The notes beneath the pieces were generated by a model. That model did not search any database and was not told the origin of the DNA. It saw only the letters and a list, made by a program, of their open reading frames with translations. The position numbers and the translations under genes are program-made. This document shows, piece by piece, positions 19,147-29,013 of a stretch of DNA of 64,000 nt. Within the stretch, counting starts at the first letter, position 1. Each line of letters opens with the position of its first letter. This DNA is from Candidatus Eiseniibacteriota bacterium (GTDB lineage: Bacteria > Eisenbacteria > RBG-16-71-46 > JABDJR01). The DNA lies in assembly GCA_963783375.1 (NCBI GenBank), contig CAWANH010000028.1:1088001-1152000 (forward strand), read 5' to 3'.

Positions 19147-19406
19147 ACGAACACGACGACCACCCGCACGATCGAAAGCTCTGCAAGGACCTGGCCGAGC
19201 GGATATCCGAGTACCTGGACGGGGAGCTGCCGGCCGATCTCCGCATGGAAGTGGCGGAGCACGTCGATCACTGCTCGACCTGCGAGACCTTCGTGGATTC
19301 GGTCCGGCGGACCCGGGACCTGGCGCATCTTCTCCCGCCGCTGGAACTCCCCCAGGACCGCCTGCGATCGCTGTCCGAGGCCGTGAAGCGGCGCCTGGAA
19401 GACTGA
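19143..19406 (+). CDS. Zinc-binding anti-sigma factor (zf-HC2/ZAS)
   Basis: ATGA overlap with the sigma gene; 'C...ISEYLDGEL...HVDHCSTC' (HxxxCxxC). Confidence 0.9.
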   Translation: MNEHDDHPHDRKLCKDLAERISEYLDGELPADLRMEVAEHVDHCSTCETFVDSVRRTRDLAHLLPPLELPQDRLRSLSEAVKRRLED

Positions 19407-19511
19407 GCGGGCGCCTCCTCCGTGACCTTTCCCCTCGTTCGGTATCCCTCCCATGAAAGCCGGAATTCGACTTCCGGACAACGTTTATCCTCATTTCGAA
19501 GGGAAGGGATC

Positions 19512-19727
19512 ATGACGGTTGAAAACGCGGTGCGGCTCCTGGCCGGGACCCTGGTGCTTGTGGGACTCGGCCTCGGTATCCTGGTCAGCCCCTGGTTCTT
19601 CATCCTGGTCGGGTTCGTGGGCGTGAACCTGGCCCAGTCGTCGATGACCGGAATCTGTCCGGCGGCCACGATCTTCAAGAAGGCGGGACTCCGGTGCGTG
19701 GCCGAGGCCCGGGTCGACGCCGAGTAG
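19512..19727 (+). CDS. DUF2892 (YgaP-like) membrane protein
   Basis: 'VRLLAG...GVNLAQSSMTGICP' signature; two TM helices. Confidence 0.88.
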   Translation: MTVENAVRLLAGTLVLVGLGLGILVSPWFFILVGFVGVNLAQSSMTGICPAATIFKKAGLRCVAEARVDAE

Positions 19728-19843
19728 GACGGAACCGCCCGCCTGAGCGCGACCGGCCCTGGGGCGGACTGCTAGCATGATCCCCCGTCCGGGGGATCTC
19801 CCCCCGGAAGCGGCGCGGCTTCCCCCCTCGCGCGGGACGGACG

Positions 19844-20860
19844 GTGAACACACTCTGGACCTGGGTCGGCTTCAACCTCTTCGTGCTTCTCTGCCTGGCC
19901 GTGGATCTCTGGAGCTTTCGGGGAAACCAGCACGCCGAAAAGCTCCACGAGGCGGCGCTTCGGAGCCTCGGGTGGATCGCGCTCGGCCTCCTGGTGGGCG
20001 GTGCGGTCTGGTGGCGGCGGGGGAGCGGGGACGGGGTGGACTACTTCGCTGCCTACCTCATCGAAGAATCCCTGAGCGTCGACAACCTCTTCGTATTCCT
20101 CACCCTGTTCACCTACTTCGCGGTCCGGCCCGAGCATCGCCACAAGGTCCTCTTCTGGGGGATCCTGGGGGCGCTGGTCTTTCGGGGGCTCTTCATCGGG
20201 GTCGGGATGGCGGTGATCCGGCGGTTCGGCTGGGTGATCTACCCCCTGGGAGCGTTCCTGGTGTGGACCGGGGTGCGGATGGCTATCCATCGCGAGCGGG
20301 AAATGGAGCCGGGCCGAAACCCCCTGGTGCGCGCGGTGCGCCGGGTGTTCCCGGTGACCCGGAGGTACCATGGGGCGTCGTTCTTCGTGCGGAAGCGCGG
20401 CCGGCTCTTCGCCACGCCCCTCTTGCTCGTGCTGGTGGCGGTGGAAACCACCGACATCCTCTTCGCGGTGGATTCGGTTCCCGCGGTGTTCGCGGTGACC
20501 CGTGATCCCTTCGTGGCCTACAGCTCCAACGTCATGGCGGTTCTGGGCCTCCGGGCGCTCTTCTTCGTGGTGGCGGGGGCGATCGAACGCTTCCGCTACC
20601 TCCACCTGGGGCTCTCCGCGGTCCTGGTCTTCGTGGGGCTCAAGATGCTGGCCGAGGTGTGGATCGATCTCCCGACTCCGGTTTCCCTGGTGGTGGTGGC
20701 GGGGATCCTCACCGCCTCGGTCCTGGCCTCGATGTTGGCCCTCCACCGGGAGGGTGCGAGCCTGGGGGACGTGCTCCGGGGTTCGGTGGAGAAGAGCCTG
20801 GAGGAGCCGGAGAGGATCCCGCCGGACGCTCCGCCGCCCGCCCCCGAATCCCGCCCCTGA
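19844..20860 (+). CDS. TerC/Alx family membrane protein
   Basis: 'YLIEESLSVDNLFVF' and 'ETTDILFAVDSVPA'. Confidence 0.95.
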   Translation: MNTLWTWVGFNLFVLLCLAVDLWSFRGNQHAEKLHEAALRSLGWIALGLLVGGAVWWRRGSGDGVDYFAAYLIEESLSVDNLFVFLTLFTYFAVRPEHRHKVLFWGILGALVFRGLFIGVGMAVIRRFGWVIYPLGAFLVWTGVRMAIHREREMEPGRNPLVRAVRRVFPVTRRYHGASFFVRKRGRLFATPLLLVLVAVETTDILFAVDSVPAVFAVTRDPFVAYSSNVMAVLGLRALFFVVAGAIERFRYLHLGLSAVLVFVGLKMLAEVWIDLPTPVSLVVVAGILTASVLASMLALHREGASLGDVLRGSVEKSLEEPERIPPDAPPPAPESRP

Positions 20861-21073
20861 GCGGATCGCGACGCCGGCGTCGGGCTGATTCCGGTCGAAG
20901 TCGCGCGGCCCGGTTCGCGTTGTGTTCCCTCCGTCCCCGGGCTACCCTTGTTCGACCATGACGTCGACCCACCCTCGCCGGCATCTTCCCGGCCCCCGCG
21001 TTTCGTTCCCGGCCCCGGTGCGCGCCGTGTTGCGGCCTCGGATGGCCGGGCGCGAAGGACCCGGGGGTTTGCG

Positions 21074-22348
21074 ATGAAGTCGATCACCCGGCTCCTGAAC
21101 AAGCGCCGGCGGCGGATCGTGGGGCTCATGTCCGGCACCTCCGCCGACGGGGTGGACGCGGCCCTGGTCGAGGTGGAGAGCATCCACGGTCCGGGAGGCA
21201 GCGTACTCACCTGGGAGCTGCTCGATTTCCAGGGCACCCCGTTTCCGGCGGCGGTGCGGGCGGAGATCCTCGCCGTCCAGGCCGGCGCACCGCATCTCCT
21301 GGAGCGGTTGACCCGGCTCCACTTCATTTTGGGGCACCTCTTCGCCGACGCGGTGGAGGCGGTGGCCGCCGAAGCCGGCCTGGGGCTGGCGGAGGTCGAC
21401 GCGGTGGCGAGCCACGGCCAGACCGTCTGCCACTTCCCGGTGTTTGCGGAGAGCCTGCCCGACCGCGAGGGGGCGGGGGCGGTCTCGTGGGGGCGCCCGG
21501 CCCGGGGGCGTACGGACTGGGTCTCGGCGTCCACCCTCCAGATCGGCGAGCCCGCGGTGATCGCGGAGCGGACCGGGCTCCCGGTGATCTCCGACTTCCG
21601 GGCCCGGGACGTGGCCGCGGGGGGAACCGGCGCGCCCCTGGTCCCGATCGTGGACCACGCCCTCTTCACCCACCCCGAGCGGGGGCGGCTGGTCCTGAAC
21701 GTCGGGGGGATCGCCAACTTCACCGCCATTCCCGCCGGGGCGGCTCCGGCCGGGGTGATCGCGCTCGACGCCGGTCCCGGGGTGATGGTGCTGGACGCCC
21801 TCATGGACGCGCTCACCGGGGGCGAGAAGCAGGTGGACGAGGGGGGCGCCCTGGCCGCCAAGGGCGCGGCGGACCCCGAGGTGGTGGCGGAGGCGCTCGC
21901 CGATCCCTACTTCGCCAAGGCGCCGCCCAAGGCGGCGGGGCGGGGGGAGTTCGGGGACGGGTTCGCGCGCGGGTTTCTGGAGGCGTGCCGGAACCGGAAG
22001 CTCTCCGAGGCCTCGACCCTGGCCAGCGCGGCGGAGCTCACCGCGAGGGCGGTTCACGACGCCTACCGGCGCTTCGTCGCCCCCGGCTTCACCGTGGACG
22101 AGGTCATCGTGAGCGGCGGGGGCGCCCACAACGTGGCGCTTCTCCGGCGGCTCGCCGATCTTTTCACCGGAATTTCCCTGGTAACTTCGGATTACTATGG
22201 GTTGGACGTGGATGCCAAGGAGGCCGCCGCCTTCGCGCTTCTCGCGCAGATGAGCCTGGAGGGGGAGCCGGGGAACCTACCCGAGGTGACCGGGGCCGCG
22301 CATCCGGTGATCCTGGGGGACATCACCCCGGGGGGCGGGCGGTCCTGA
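21074..22348 (+). CDS. anmK: Anhydro-N-acetylmuramic acid kinase
   Basis: 'GLMSGTSADGVDA', 'SHGQT', 'DFRARDVAAGGTGAPLVP', 'NVGGIAN'. Confidence 0.96.
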   Translation: MKSITRLLNKRRRRIVGLMSGTSADGVDAALVEVESIHGPGGSVLTWELLDFQGTPFPAAVRAEILAVQAGAPHLLERLTRLHFILGHLFADAVEAVAAEAGLGLAEVDAVASHGQTVCHFPVFAESLPDREGAGAVSWGRPARGRTDWVSASTLQIGEPAVIAERTGLPVISDFRARDVAAGGTGAPLVPIVDHALFTHPERGRLVLNVGGIANFTAIPAGAAPAGVIALDAGPGVMVLDALMDALTGGEKQVDEGGALAAKGAADPEVVAEALADPYFAKAPPKAAGRGEFGDGFARGFLEACRNRKLSEASTLASAAELTARAVHDAYRRFVAPGFTVDEVIVSGGGAHNVALLRRLADLFTGISLVTSDYYGLDVDAKEAAAFALLAQMSLEGEPGNLPEVTGAAHPVILGDITPGGGRS

Positions 22349-23685
22349 TGGGATTCATGCCGGCGCGGGCGGTCCGGTCGCTCCCGACGAGGGTGGGGAC
22401 GATCCCGGTGCGCCGGGCTCCCGGCCGGGCGGCCGTTCTGGTCGCGGCGCTCGCGGTCCTGGCCGGTTGCGCGGGGACCCGGCCTCCCATGCCCGCTCCC
22501 GAGGGGGGCGCGGCGCCGGAGGTCCGGGTGGGGATCCTCCTCCACGCGGACGAGGCGAAGGTGGGGGCGGCCGATCCCTATACCCTCTCCGACCCCAAGG
22601 GCGTGCTCACGGTGGGCCGGAAGGGGGAGACCTATCGCGTCCGGCGGGACGGGGACCGGCTCCTGGTCTACGGCAAGGGGAGCGAGTTCATCGCGGCCAC
22701 CGCGGGGCCGATCCGGGTCGAGCCGGATTCCCGGCAGGGGGATGTCGTGGCGGTGGGGAAGCGATACCCGGGGAGGCTCGAGATCCTGGCCAGCCCCACC
22801 GGGGGAATGAACGTGGTCAACGTCACCGACGTGGAGAGCTATCTCCGGGCGGTGGTGCCGCTCGAGATCGGGCACGCGGGGAACGACTACCGGGAGGCGG
22901 CCCGGGCCCAGGCGGTGGCCGCCCGGACCTATGCCGCCGGCCACATGGGGCGCCATCCGGCCGAGGGATACGACATGGAGGCCGGGATCAACGACCAGGT
23001 CTACGGGTCGGTGGACCGGCGCGACCCCGACGCCGACCGGGCGGTGGTCGAGACCCGGGGGCTGATCCTGGTCCACGACGGGAAGCCCATCCGCGCCAAC
23101 TACTCGTCGACCTGCGGGGGGCGGACGGCGGCGGTGGAGGAGAGCTTCGACTCGCCGCCGGTTTCGTACCTCAAGTCGCATGAGGACAAGCTGGGCGGGG
23201 AAATCGCCTGCCGCACCTCCAAGTACTATCGCTGGGAGGAGACCTGGAGCGGGGAGGACCTGGCCCGGATCTTCGCGCGCACGGTGCCCGCGGCGCTCGG
23301 GAAACCCTGGAAGGGGACCTCGGTCCGGGACGTGAAGGCGGTGGAGCGGGGAAAAAGCGGACGCGTCACCCGACTCCGCATCCGGACCGACCAAACGGAG
23401 TACGATGTGCGGAAGGGGGCCATCCGCCGGGTCCTGGAGCGGGCGGACGGCGGGGCCCTGTGGAGCACGTGGTTCGACTTGAAAGTGAAGCGCTCGGGGG
23501 ATAAGGTGCGTCGCCTTACCGCCGAGGGCCGCGGATGGGGGCACGGGGTGGGGATGTGCCAGTGGGGGGCGATGCAGCTCTCCAAGGACGGCATCGGCTA
23601 CCGGCGGATCCTGGAGCACTACTATCCGGGAACCCGACTCAAACAGTGGTACCAGGGGATGCAGGCGTCCCGGGAGGCATCATGA
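22348..23685 (+). CDS. SpoIID/LytB domain lipoprotein (lytic transglycosylase-like)
   Basis: Lipobox 'LAGC'; 'ESYLRAVVPLE', 'AQAVAARTY', 'GWGHGVGMCQWGA'. Confidence 0.93.
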   Translation: MGFMPARAVRSLPTRVGTIPVRRAPGRAAVLVAALAVLAGCAGTRPPMPAPEGGAAPEVRVGILLHADEAKVGAADPYTLSDPKGVLTVGRKGETYRVRRDGDRLLVYGKGSEFIAATAGPIRVEPDSRQGDVVAVGKRYPGRLEILASPTGGMNVVNVTDVESYLRAVVPLEIGHAGNDYREAARAQAVAARTYAAGHMGRHPAEGYDMEAGINDQVYGSVDRRDPDADRAVVETRGLILVHDGKPIRANYSSTCGGRTAAVEESFDSPPVSYLKSHEDKLGGEIACRTSKYYRWEETWSGEDLARIFARTVPAALGKPWKGTSVRDVKAVERGKSGRVTRLRIRTDQTEYDVRKGAIRRVLERADGGALWSTWFDLKVKRSGDKVRRLTAEGRGWGHGVGMCQWGAMQLSKDGIGYRRILEHYYPGTRLKQWYQGMQASREAS

Positions 23686-25253
23686 GCGCGATGTTCAAGA
23701 AAGGCGAGGCGGCGGCGCCCAAGACCCGGGTCTCCCGAACGCTTTCCCTGGAGGAGATGGTCGGCCAGCTCTTCGTGGTGAAGGTGGAAGCGCACGGAAA
23801 GATCAGCGAGACCCTCCAGGGCCACGAGACCAACCACTACGGCGGGCTCTTCCTGCGCCGGGAAAACCTGAACTCGGTGGACCGGACCCGGCGGTTCACC
23901 CACCGCTTCCGGCGCCCCACCCGGAAGATCCCAATTCCGGTGGTGGCGGTGGATGAGGAAGGTGGGTTGGTGAGCGACCTCATGCACCTCACGACCCCCG
24001 CGCCGTCGGCGGCGGCTCTCGGCATGGTGGACGACGAGGACGTGACCCGGGACGTCTACCAGGGGATCGGGGAGAAGGCCCGCGCCCTGGGGTTCAACAC
24101 CGTCTTCGCCCCGGTCCTGGACGTGAACGTCGAGGCCGCGAACCCGGTGATCGGAACCCGGGCCTTCGGCGCGGTGCCGTCGTTGGTGTTGAAGCACGCG
24201 ATGGCCGCCATCGACGGACTCCACCAGGCCAAGGTCACCGCCTGCGCGAAGCACTTTCCGGGGCACGGGGCTACGTCCCTGGACTCGCACCTGACCCTGC
24301 CCGAGGTGAAGGCGGACATGGCCACCCTGCGGGAGCGGGAGCTGTTGCCGTACATCGAGGCGTTCCGGCGGAGCGATCCCCCCGAGATGCTGATGACCGC
24401 CCACGTGGCCTACCCGGCCCTGGACCGCTCGGGAACTCCGGCCACGTTGTCCAAGGCGATTCTCCAGGACCTGTTGCGGAAGGATCTGGGCTTCCAGGGG
24501 GTGGTGATCACCGACGCCATGGAGATGAAGGGGATCACCGAGCGGATGTCCCCGGAGAAGGCGGCGGTGGCCGCGATCGAGGCGGGAGCGGACCTGTTGC
24601 TCTACGCCCTGGACGGCGCCATGGCCGCCGCGGCCTACAAGGGGGTGCTGGACGCGGTGCGGGCGGGGAAGATCACCGAGGAGCGGATCGGCAAGTCGGT
24701 GGACCGGGTCCATGTCCTGAGGCGGAAGTTCCGGGCCCGAACCTGGGTCAAGATGGATGAGGCGGACGAGATCCTGGACGTGGACCACGAGCAGGCGTTC
24801 TTCGAGGCCGCCCAGAAAGGGTTGGTGCTCGAGGGAAACGCCGGCGTCCTGGCCGAGATCCCGGCCGCGCGCGGGCCCAAGCTGATCATCCTGCCTCACG
24901 ACCTGGACGAGTGGCGGCGGGTTCCGCTGGAGGTGGTGCGCGAGCAGCTGGAGCCGGCGGGGTTCACGGTGCTCGAAATGTCGCCGCGGCCGAGCGCGGA
25001 GGAGATCGGCATGGCCGAGGGCCGGGCCGCCGAGGCGTCGGTAGTCGTGGTGGGGACGGCATCCCGCGGCGCCATGGCCGAGGAGAACCGGAAGCTGGTG
25101 GAGGCGTTGACCCGTCGCGACGTGATCAAGGTGGGGGTGGCCCTGCTCGATCCCCGGGACGTCGAGCACATGATGTCCGCCAATTGCCGGATCAAGACCT
25201 TCGGTTTCACCACGCCCCAGCTCTGGGCGATGTGCCAGGAGCTGTTGGGGTAG
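23682..25253 (+). CDS. nagZ: Beta-N-acetylhexosaminidase, GH3
   Basis: 'DEEGG', 'KHFPGHG...DSH', 'ITDAMEM'; in an operon with anmK. Confidence 0.9.
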   Translation: MSAMFKKGEAAAPKTRVSRTLSLEEMVGQLFVVKVEAHGKISETLQGHETNHYGGLFLRRENLNSVDRTRRFTHRFRRPTRKIPIPVVAVDEEGGLVSDLMHLTTPAPSAAALGMVDDEDVTRDVYQGIGEKARALGFNTVFAPVLDVNVEAANPVIGTRAFGAVPSLVLKHAMAAIDGLHQAKVTACAKHFPGHGATSLDSHLTLPEVKADMATLRERELLPYIEAFRRSDPPEMLMTAHVAYPALDRSGTPATLSKAILQDLLRKDLGFQGVVITDAMEMKGITERMSPEKAAVAAIEAGADLLLYALDGAMAAAAYKGVLDAVRAGKITEERIGKSVDRVHVLRRKFRARTWVKMDEADEILDVDHEQAFFEAAQKGLVLEGNAGVLAEIPAARGPKLIILPHDLDEWRRVPLEVVREQLEPAGFTVLEMSPRPSAEEIGMAEGRAAEASVVVVGTASRGAMAEENRKLVEALTRRDVIKVGVALLDPRDVEHMMSANCRIKTFGFTTPQLWAMCQELLG

Positions 25254-25353
25254 GGGCGGTGTACCCGGGTAACTTTCGGTGCGGTGGAGGGTTGTCAGGG
25301 GGCTCCGCCGGGCCTGCGCTCGGCGTTCGAGGCGGACGGCGCGCAAATCCCGT

Positions 25354-25382
25354 TTGACAGCCGCGGGGGCGCTTGCTAGCCT
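25354..25382 (+). promoter_or_regulatory. Sigma70-type promoter for tRNA-Asp
   Basis: TTGACA (25354-25359), 17-bp spacer, TAGCCT (25377-25382) with extended -10 TG. Confidence 0.7.
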
Positions 25383-25501
25383 AATGCGCCCGCGGGCGGA
25401 CTCGATTCCGGCCGCGTGAATTTTGGGGTTGTCGGACGGTCGGAGCCGGTCTCGCGCTCCGGCCATGCTCTCGCAAGTGATTGTGTTCTGTCGATTTGCG
25501 C

Positions 25502-25578
25502 GGGGTCGTAGTTCAGCTGGTTAGAACGCCGGCCTGTCACGCCGGAGGTCGCGAGTTCGAATCTCGTCGGCCCCGCCA
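25502..25578 (+). tRNA. tRNA-Asp (GTC)
   Basis: 77 nt; acceptor stem GGGGTCG/CGGCCCC, anticodon loop CTGTCAC, GTTCGAAT T-loop, encoded CCA. Confidence 0.98.
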
Positions 25579-25586
25579 TCCATGAA

Positions 25587-25622
25587 AAGGAGCCCTTCGG
25601 CCAGCTGGTCGAAGGGCTTCTT
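25587..25622 (+). terminator. Intrinsic terminator hairpin after the tRNA
   Basis: AGCCCTTCGGCCA-GC-TGGTCGAAGGGCT stem followed by a T-rich tract. Confidence 0.7.
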
Positions 25623-25707
25623 GTATATGGGGGCCAGGACGGCACGCTCGGCCGGGGACGGGGGACCGGTCCGGCTTCCGGGAAACGCCGGGGCGCCCCC
25701 CCCCCGG

Positions 25708-27402
25708 CTACTTCAGGATCACCATCCGCCGGGTGAGGCTCCTGGAGCCCCAGTTGAGCCGATAGAAGTAGACGCCGGCGCTCACCCTCGAACCATTCCG
25801 GTCCCGTCCGTTCCAGGTCACCGCGTAGTCGCCGCGGGGCTGGGGCTCGTCGACCAGGCGCCTGACCAGGCGCCCGCTGGCGTCGAACACGCTCAGATCC
25901 ACCGTCGAGGCCGGAGACCCCTCCGGAATCGCGTAGGTGATGATGGTCGTTGGCTTGAAGGGGTTGGGATGATTGGAACCCAGGACCAGCCCCGGCCGTC
26001 CGGGAGCCGTCTCTTCGTCGACCCCGGTGGCCTGAAGGTCCTGCAGCTTGCTCACGAAGATGGCGGCGGGGACGCCCACCGTCCCGGTGAAGTAGACGCC
26101 GCCCGCGTCGTCCACGACAATGCCGTTCCCGCGATTGGCCGAGCCGGAGTCGAGGCTGTGGGTGAAGTTCAGGATGCCGCCGTTCCCGCTCAGCTCACAA
26201 ACGACGATTTCCGCGCCGAAATCGATGTTCCCCGGGGGAAAATCGCCCGAGGTGGTGTATCCGGCCACGAAGGCGTTTCCCTGGCCATCGATGGCCACGC
26301 TCCGGGCCTCGTCCACGGTGGAACCGCCGATGAAGGTGCTCCAGATCAGCCCGGCCCCGGTGGTCGAGAGCTTGCTGACAAAGAAGTCCTCACAGTTGTA
26401 GTCGGCACCGAACGGCACCTCGCACCCGTTGACGGCGCCCACGAAGCCCTCCTGGAAGGCGCCCGGGGTGGTGGGAAAGTCCTCCGAGCGCGTGGGGCCG
26501 GCCAGGTAGACGTTCCCGGCCGCGTCCGCAACCATGTCGCCCAGCCGATCGATGTCCGAGCCTCCGACGTAGCTGCTGAAGAGCAACGTTCCTCCGTCCG
26601 CGGACAGCTTGCTGATGAAGAGGTCGTTCGGGGCGGTGTCGACGGCGTTCACCAGGGGAAAGTCCTGGGCGGTGGTATGACCGGCGACGATGATATTGCC
26701 GTCGGCATCCAGGGCGATGCGGTCGCCCCAGTCGTCCTCGGTCCCGCCAAAGTAGGTGCTGTAGAGGATTTCGTTCCCGCCGGCGGAGAGCTTGGTGATG
26801 AATGCGTCATGGTAGAAATACAGCGGAAAGCCGGGCCCGGGCTGATAGGCGTCCTCGGTCGTGGGAAAGTCGGTCGATCCGGCGACGCCGGTGAGGTAGA
26901 TCGCATCGGCGTCGTCGATGGCGATGCCGGATCCGGAATCGGAGTAGTCGCCGCCCAGGAACGTGCTGTAGAGGATGGTTCCGTCCGAGGAAGCGAGCTT
27001 CGTCAGAAAGACGTCCCGGAAGCCGGTGAGGGTACCATCCATGGGGTTCACGACCGGAAAGTCCGGGGAGTCCGTCCAGCCGGTCACCCAGAGATCCCCC
27101 TTGGAATCGAGGGCCAGGTCGGTGGCGTAGTCGTGGTCACTGCCCTCGATGTAGCGGTTCCAGAGCTCGTCGCCGGAGGCGTCCAGCTTGATGATCACCA
27201 CGTCCAGATGGACGCCGTCCGCATACGCGGAGCCGATGAGAAAGGCCGCACCTTCGTCGTCGACGACGAGCTTGCCGGCGTGGGGAAGCGTATATCCGGA
27301 AAGGAAGGTCTCGTACTCCACGCCCGGCGCCTGGGCGGAGGCGAGCCGGCTGAATGAAGACAATCCAAGAACGAGAGCGAGCAGGAGAATTTGGCGGCGC
27401 AT
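25708..27402 (-). CDS. Secreted SBBP beta-propeller repeat protein with C-terminal FlgD-Ig domain
   Basis: Repeats 'YSTFLGG..D....IA.D..G..Y..G.T.S.DFP'; C-terminal 'NHPNPF...FDASGRLVR...WNG...GVYFYRL'. Confidence 0.92.
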   Translation of the reverse strand: MRRQILLLALVLGLSSFSRLASAQAPGVEYETFLSGYTLPHAGKLVVDDEGAAFLIGSAYADGVHLDVVIIKLDASGDELWNRYIEGSDHDYATDLALDSKGDLWVTGWTDSPDFPVVNPMDGTLTGFRDVFLTKLASSDGTILYSTFLGGDYSDSGSGIAIDDADAIYLTGVAGSTDFPTTEDAYQPGPGFPLYFYHDAFITKLSAGGNEILYSTYFGGTEDDWGDRIALDADGNIIVAGHTTAQDFPLVNAVDTAPNDLFISKLSADGGTLLFSSYVGGSDIDRLGDMVADAAGNVYLAGPTRSEDFPTTPGAFQEGFVGAVNGCEVPFGADYNCEDFFVSKLSTTGAGLIWSTFIGGSTVDEARSVAIDGQGNAFVAGYTTSGDFPPGNIDFGAEIVVCELSGNGGILNFTHSLDSGSANRGNGIVVDDAGGVYFTGTVGVPAAIFVSKLQDLQATGVDEETAPGRPGLVLGSNHPNPFKPTTIITYAIPEGSPASTVDLSVFDASGRLVRRLVDEPQPRGDYAVTWNGRDRNGSRVSAGVYFYRLNWGSRSLTRRMVILK

Positions 27403-27660
27403 TTCCGCCTCCTTTCGCGATCCGGATGGTCGGGAACCCGGCCCATTCTGCCGAAGCGCGGTTCACGCGCCGGAGCCCGGCCTTCGAGGCTTCGCCCAGA
27501 GTACGCCCCCCTGGATCGGATGTGACCGGACTCTCCCCGGGGCCCGGAGAGACCGCGCCTGCCCATGTGATAGAATTCCCCGCCTCCCAGGAAACGATGC
27601 CGTTCGGCGTCGTCGACCGCCCCCGAACCGGCCTTGGGCCCCACCGGCCCGGCCGACGTC

Positions 27661-28494
27661 ATGAAGGTAGCGATGACCCCAGAATCCACGTCCGGAAACG
27701 TCCGGGAAACCCTCTCCGGCCCGGGCCTTCACGCCCAATGGCGGGACGACTACCGGACCGCGGCCAGCGACCGGTTCTACGACGCGGCGGTGGACCGGAT
27801 CGTGGGGATGATCGAGCCGCCGCCCGGCTCCACCCTCCTGGACGCCGGCTGCGGGGTGGGCATGGACACGATCCGACTGGCCCGCCGGGGCTACCGGGTG
27901 GTCGGCATGGATTTTTCGGAGAGCGCCCTGGGCATCGCGCGGCAGAACATCCTGTCGGCCGGAATGGCCGACCGGGTCGAGCTTCGGGCCGAGGACCTCA
28001 CCGCCCTCTCGTTCCCCGACGCCTCCTTCTCCTACATCCTCTGCTGGGGGGTGCTCATGCACATCCCCGAGGTGGAGAAGGCGCTGTCCGAGCTGGTCCG
28101 GGTGCTCAAACCGGGCGGGGCGCTGGTCCTGAGCGAGATCAACGTCCGCTCGGCCCAGCGGGTCGTCTTCCGGGCGATCCAGCGGCTCCGGGGAAAGGGC
28201 GGTGCGGGAATCCGCAAGACGCCGGCGGGAGTGGAGCACTGGTTCACCACCCCGGACGGAGAGCTGGTGGTGCGCCACACCGACATGGACTGGCTGGTCT
28301 CCGCGCTCGAACAGAGGGGGCTTGCCCTCCGAAAGCGCACCGCGGGGGAGTTCACCGAACTCTATTTGAAGACATCGTCCCCCCTCATGAAGCGGTTCAT
28401 CCACGGCTTCAACCTCTTCTGGTTCCGCGCCGTCCGCAATCCCCACCTGGCGTTCGGGAACATCCTGGTCTTCGAGAAGCCCGTCCAGGGCTGA
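27661..28494 (+). CDS. Class I SAM-dependent methyltransferase
   Basis: 'LLDAGCGVG', 'FPDASF', 'RVLKPGG'. Confidence 0.9.
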   Translation: MKVAMTPESTSGNVRETLSGPGLHAQWRDDYRTAASDRFYDAAVDRIVGMIEPPPGSTLLDAGCGVGMDTIRLARRGYRVVGMDFSESALGIARQNILSAGMADRVELRAEDLTALSFPDASFSYILCWGVLMHIPEVEKALSELVRVLKPGGALVLSEINVRSAQRVVFRAIQRLRGKGGAGIRKTPAGVEHWFTTPDGELVVRHTDMDWLVSALEQRGLALRKRTAGEFTELYLKTSSPLMKRFIHGFNLFWFRAVRNPHLAFGNILVFEKPVQG

Positions 28495-29013
28495 GCCGCC
28501 GCCCTCCCAGGAGGGCGAGTAACCGGATAAAGATTATCGTTTGTTTGCCGGAACTTTCGGGGCCATCGCCGGAGTTTCTGGAACCCCCGCCATCTTGTGC
28601 GGTATCTTCAACGTACGAGGTGGGTCAAACTGCCCAGTGGGACTTGACCCGGCCCTCGAAGCTCGATCCAACGCCTCGCGGGATCGATGTGACCCATCCC
28701 CCTGACCCGGGGGCAAGAAGATCCCAGTACGCCTTCTGCTTTCCGGATACCAGGTTCGGGCGTTTTGGCCGCCTGATGAGACCCCGGATCGTCGTTGGTG
28801 GAAAGAGGGGTCAAATGGTCGCCGATACATGAGATTGGACTGGAGAACATCGGGATCCAACCACCCCCGCCGACTGGCCGGCGGTCGCGGGTAGGCCGGA
28901 GATCCTCATTCCATCTCGGAGACGTTGGCAACGGCGTCCGCATGCCGTTCCGTTGGACTTTCCGGCGGCGCGGAGGCGGACCGGGACGAGCACCTCGAGG
29001 GGCAGGTCTCAGG

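Noticed and set aside
19728-19843. yybP-ykoY Mn riboswitch upstream of the TerC/Alx gene
   Set aside because: Only a short hairpin (GATCCCCCG..CGGGGGATC) is visible, without the conserved aptamer motifs
25502-28500. tRNA-Asp as the attachment site of a genomic island carrying the cytochrome operon
   Set aside because: No integrase and no duplicated tRNA 3' end found by eye; no obvious composition shift
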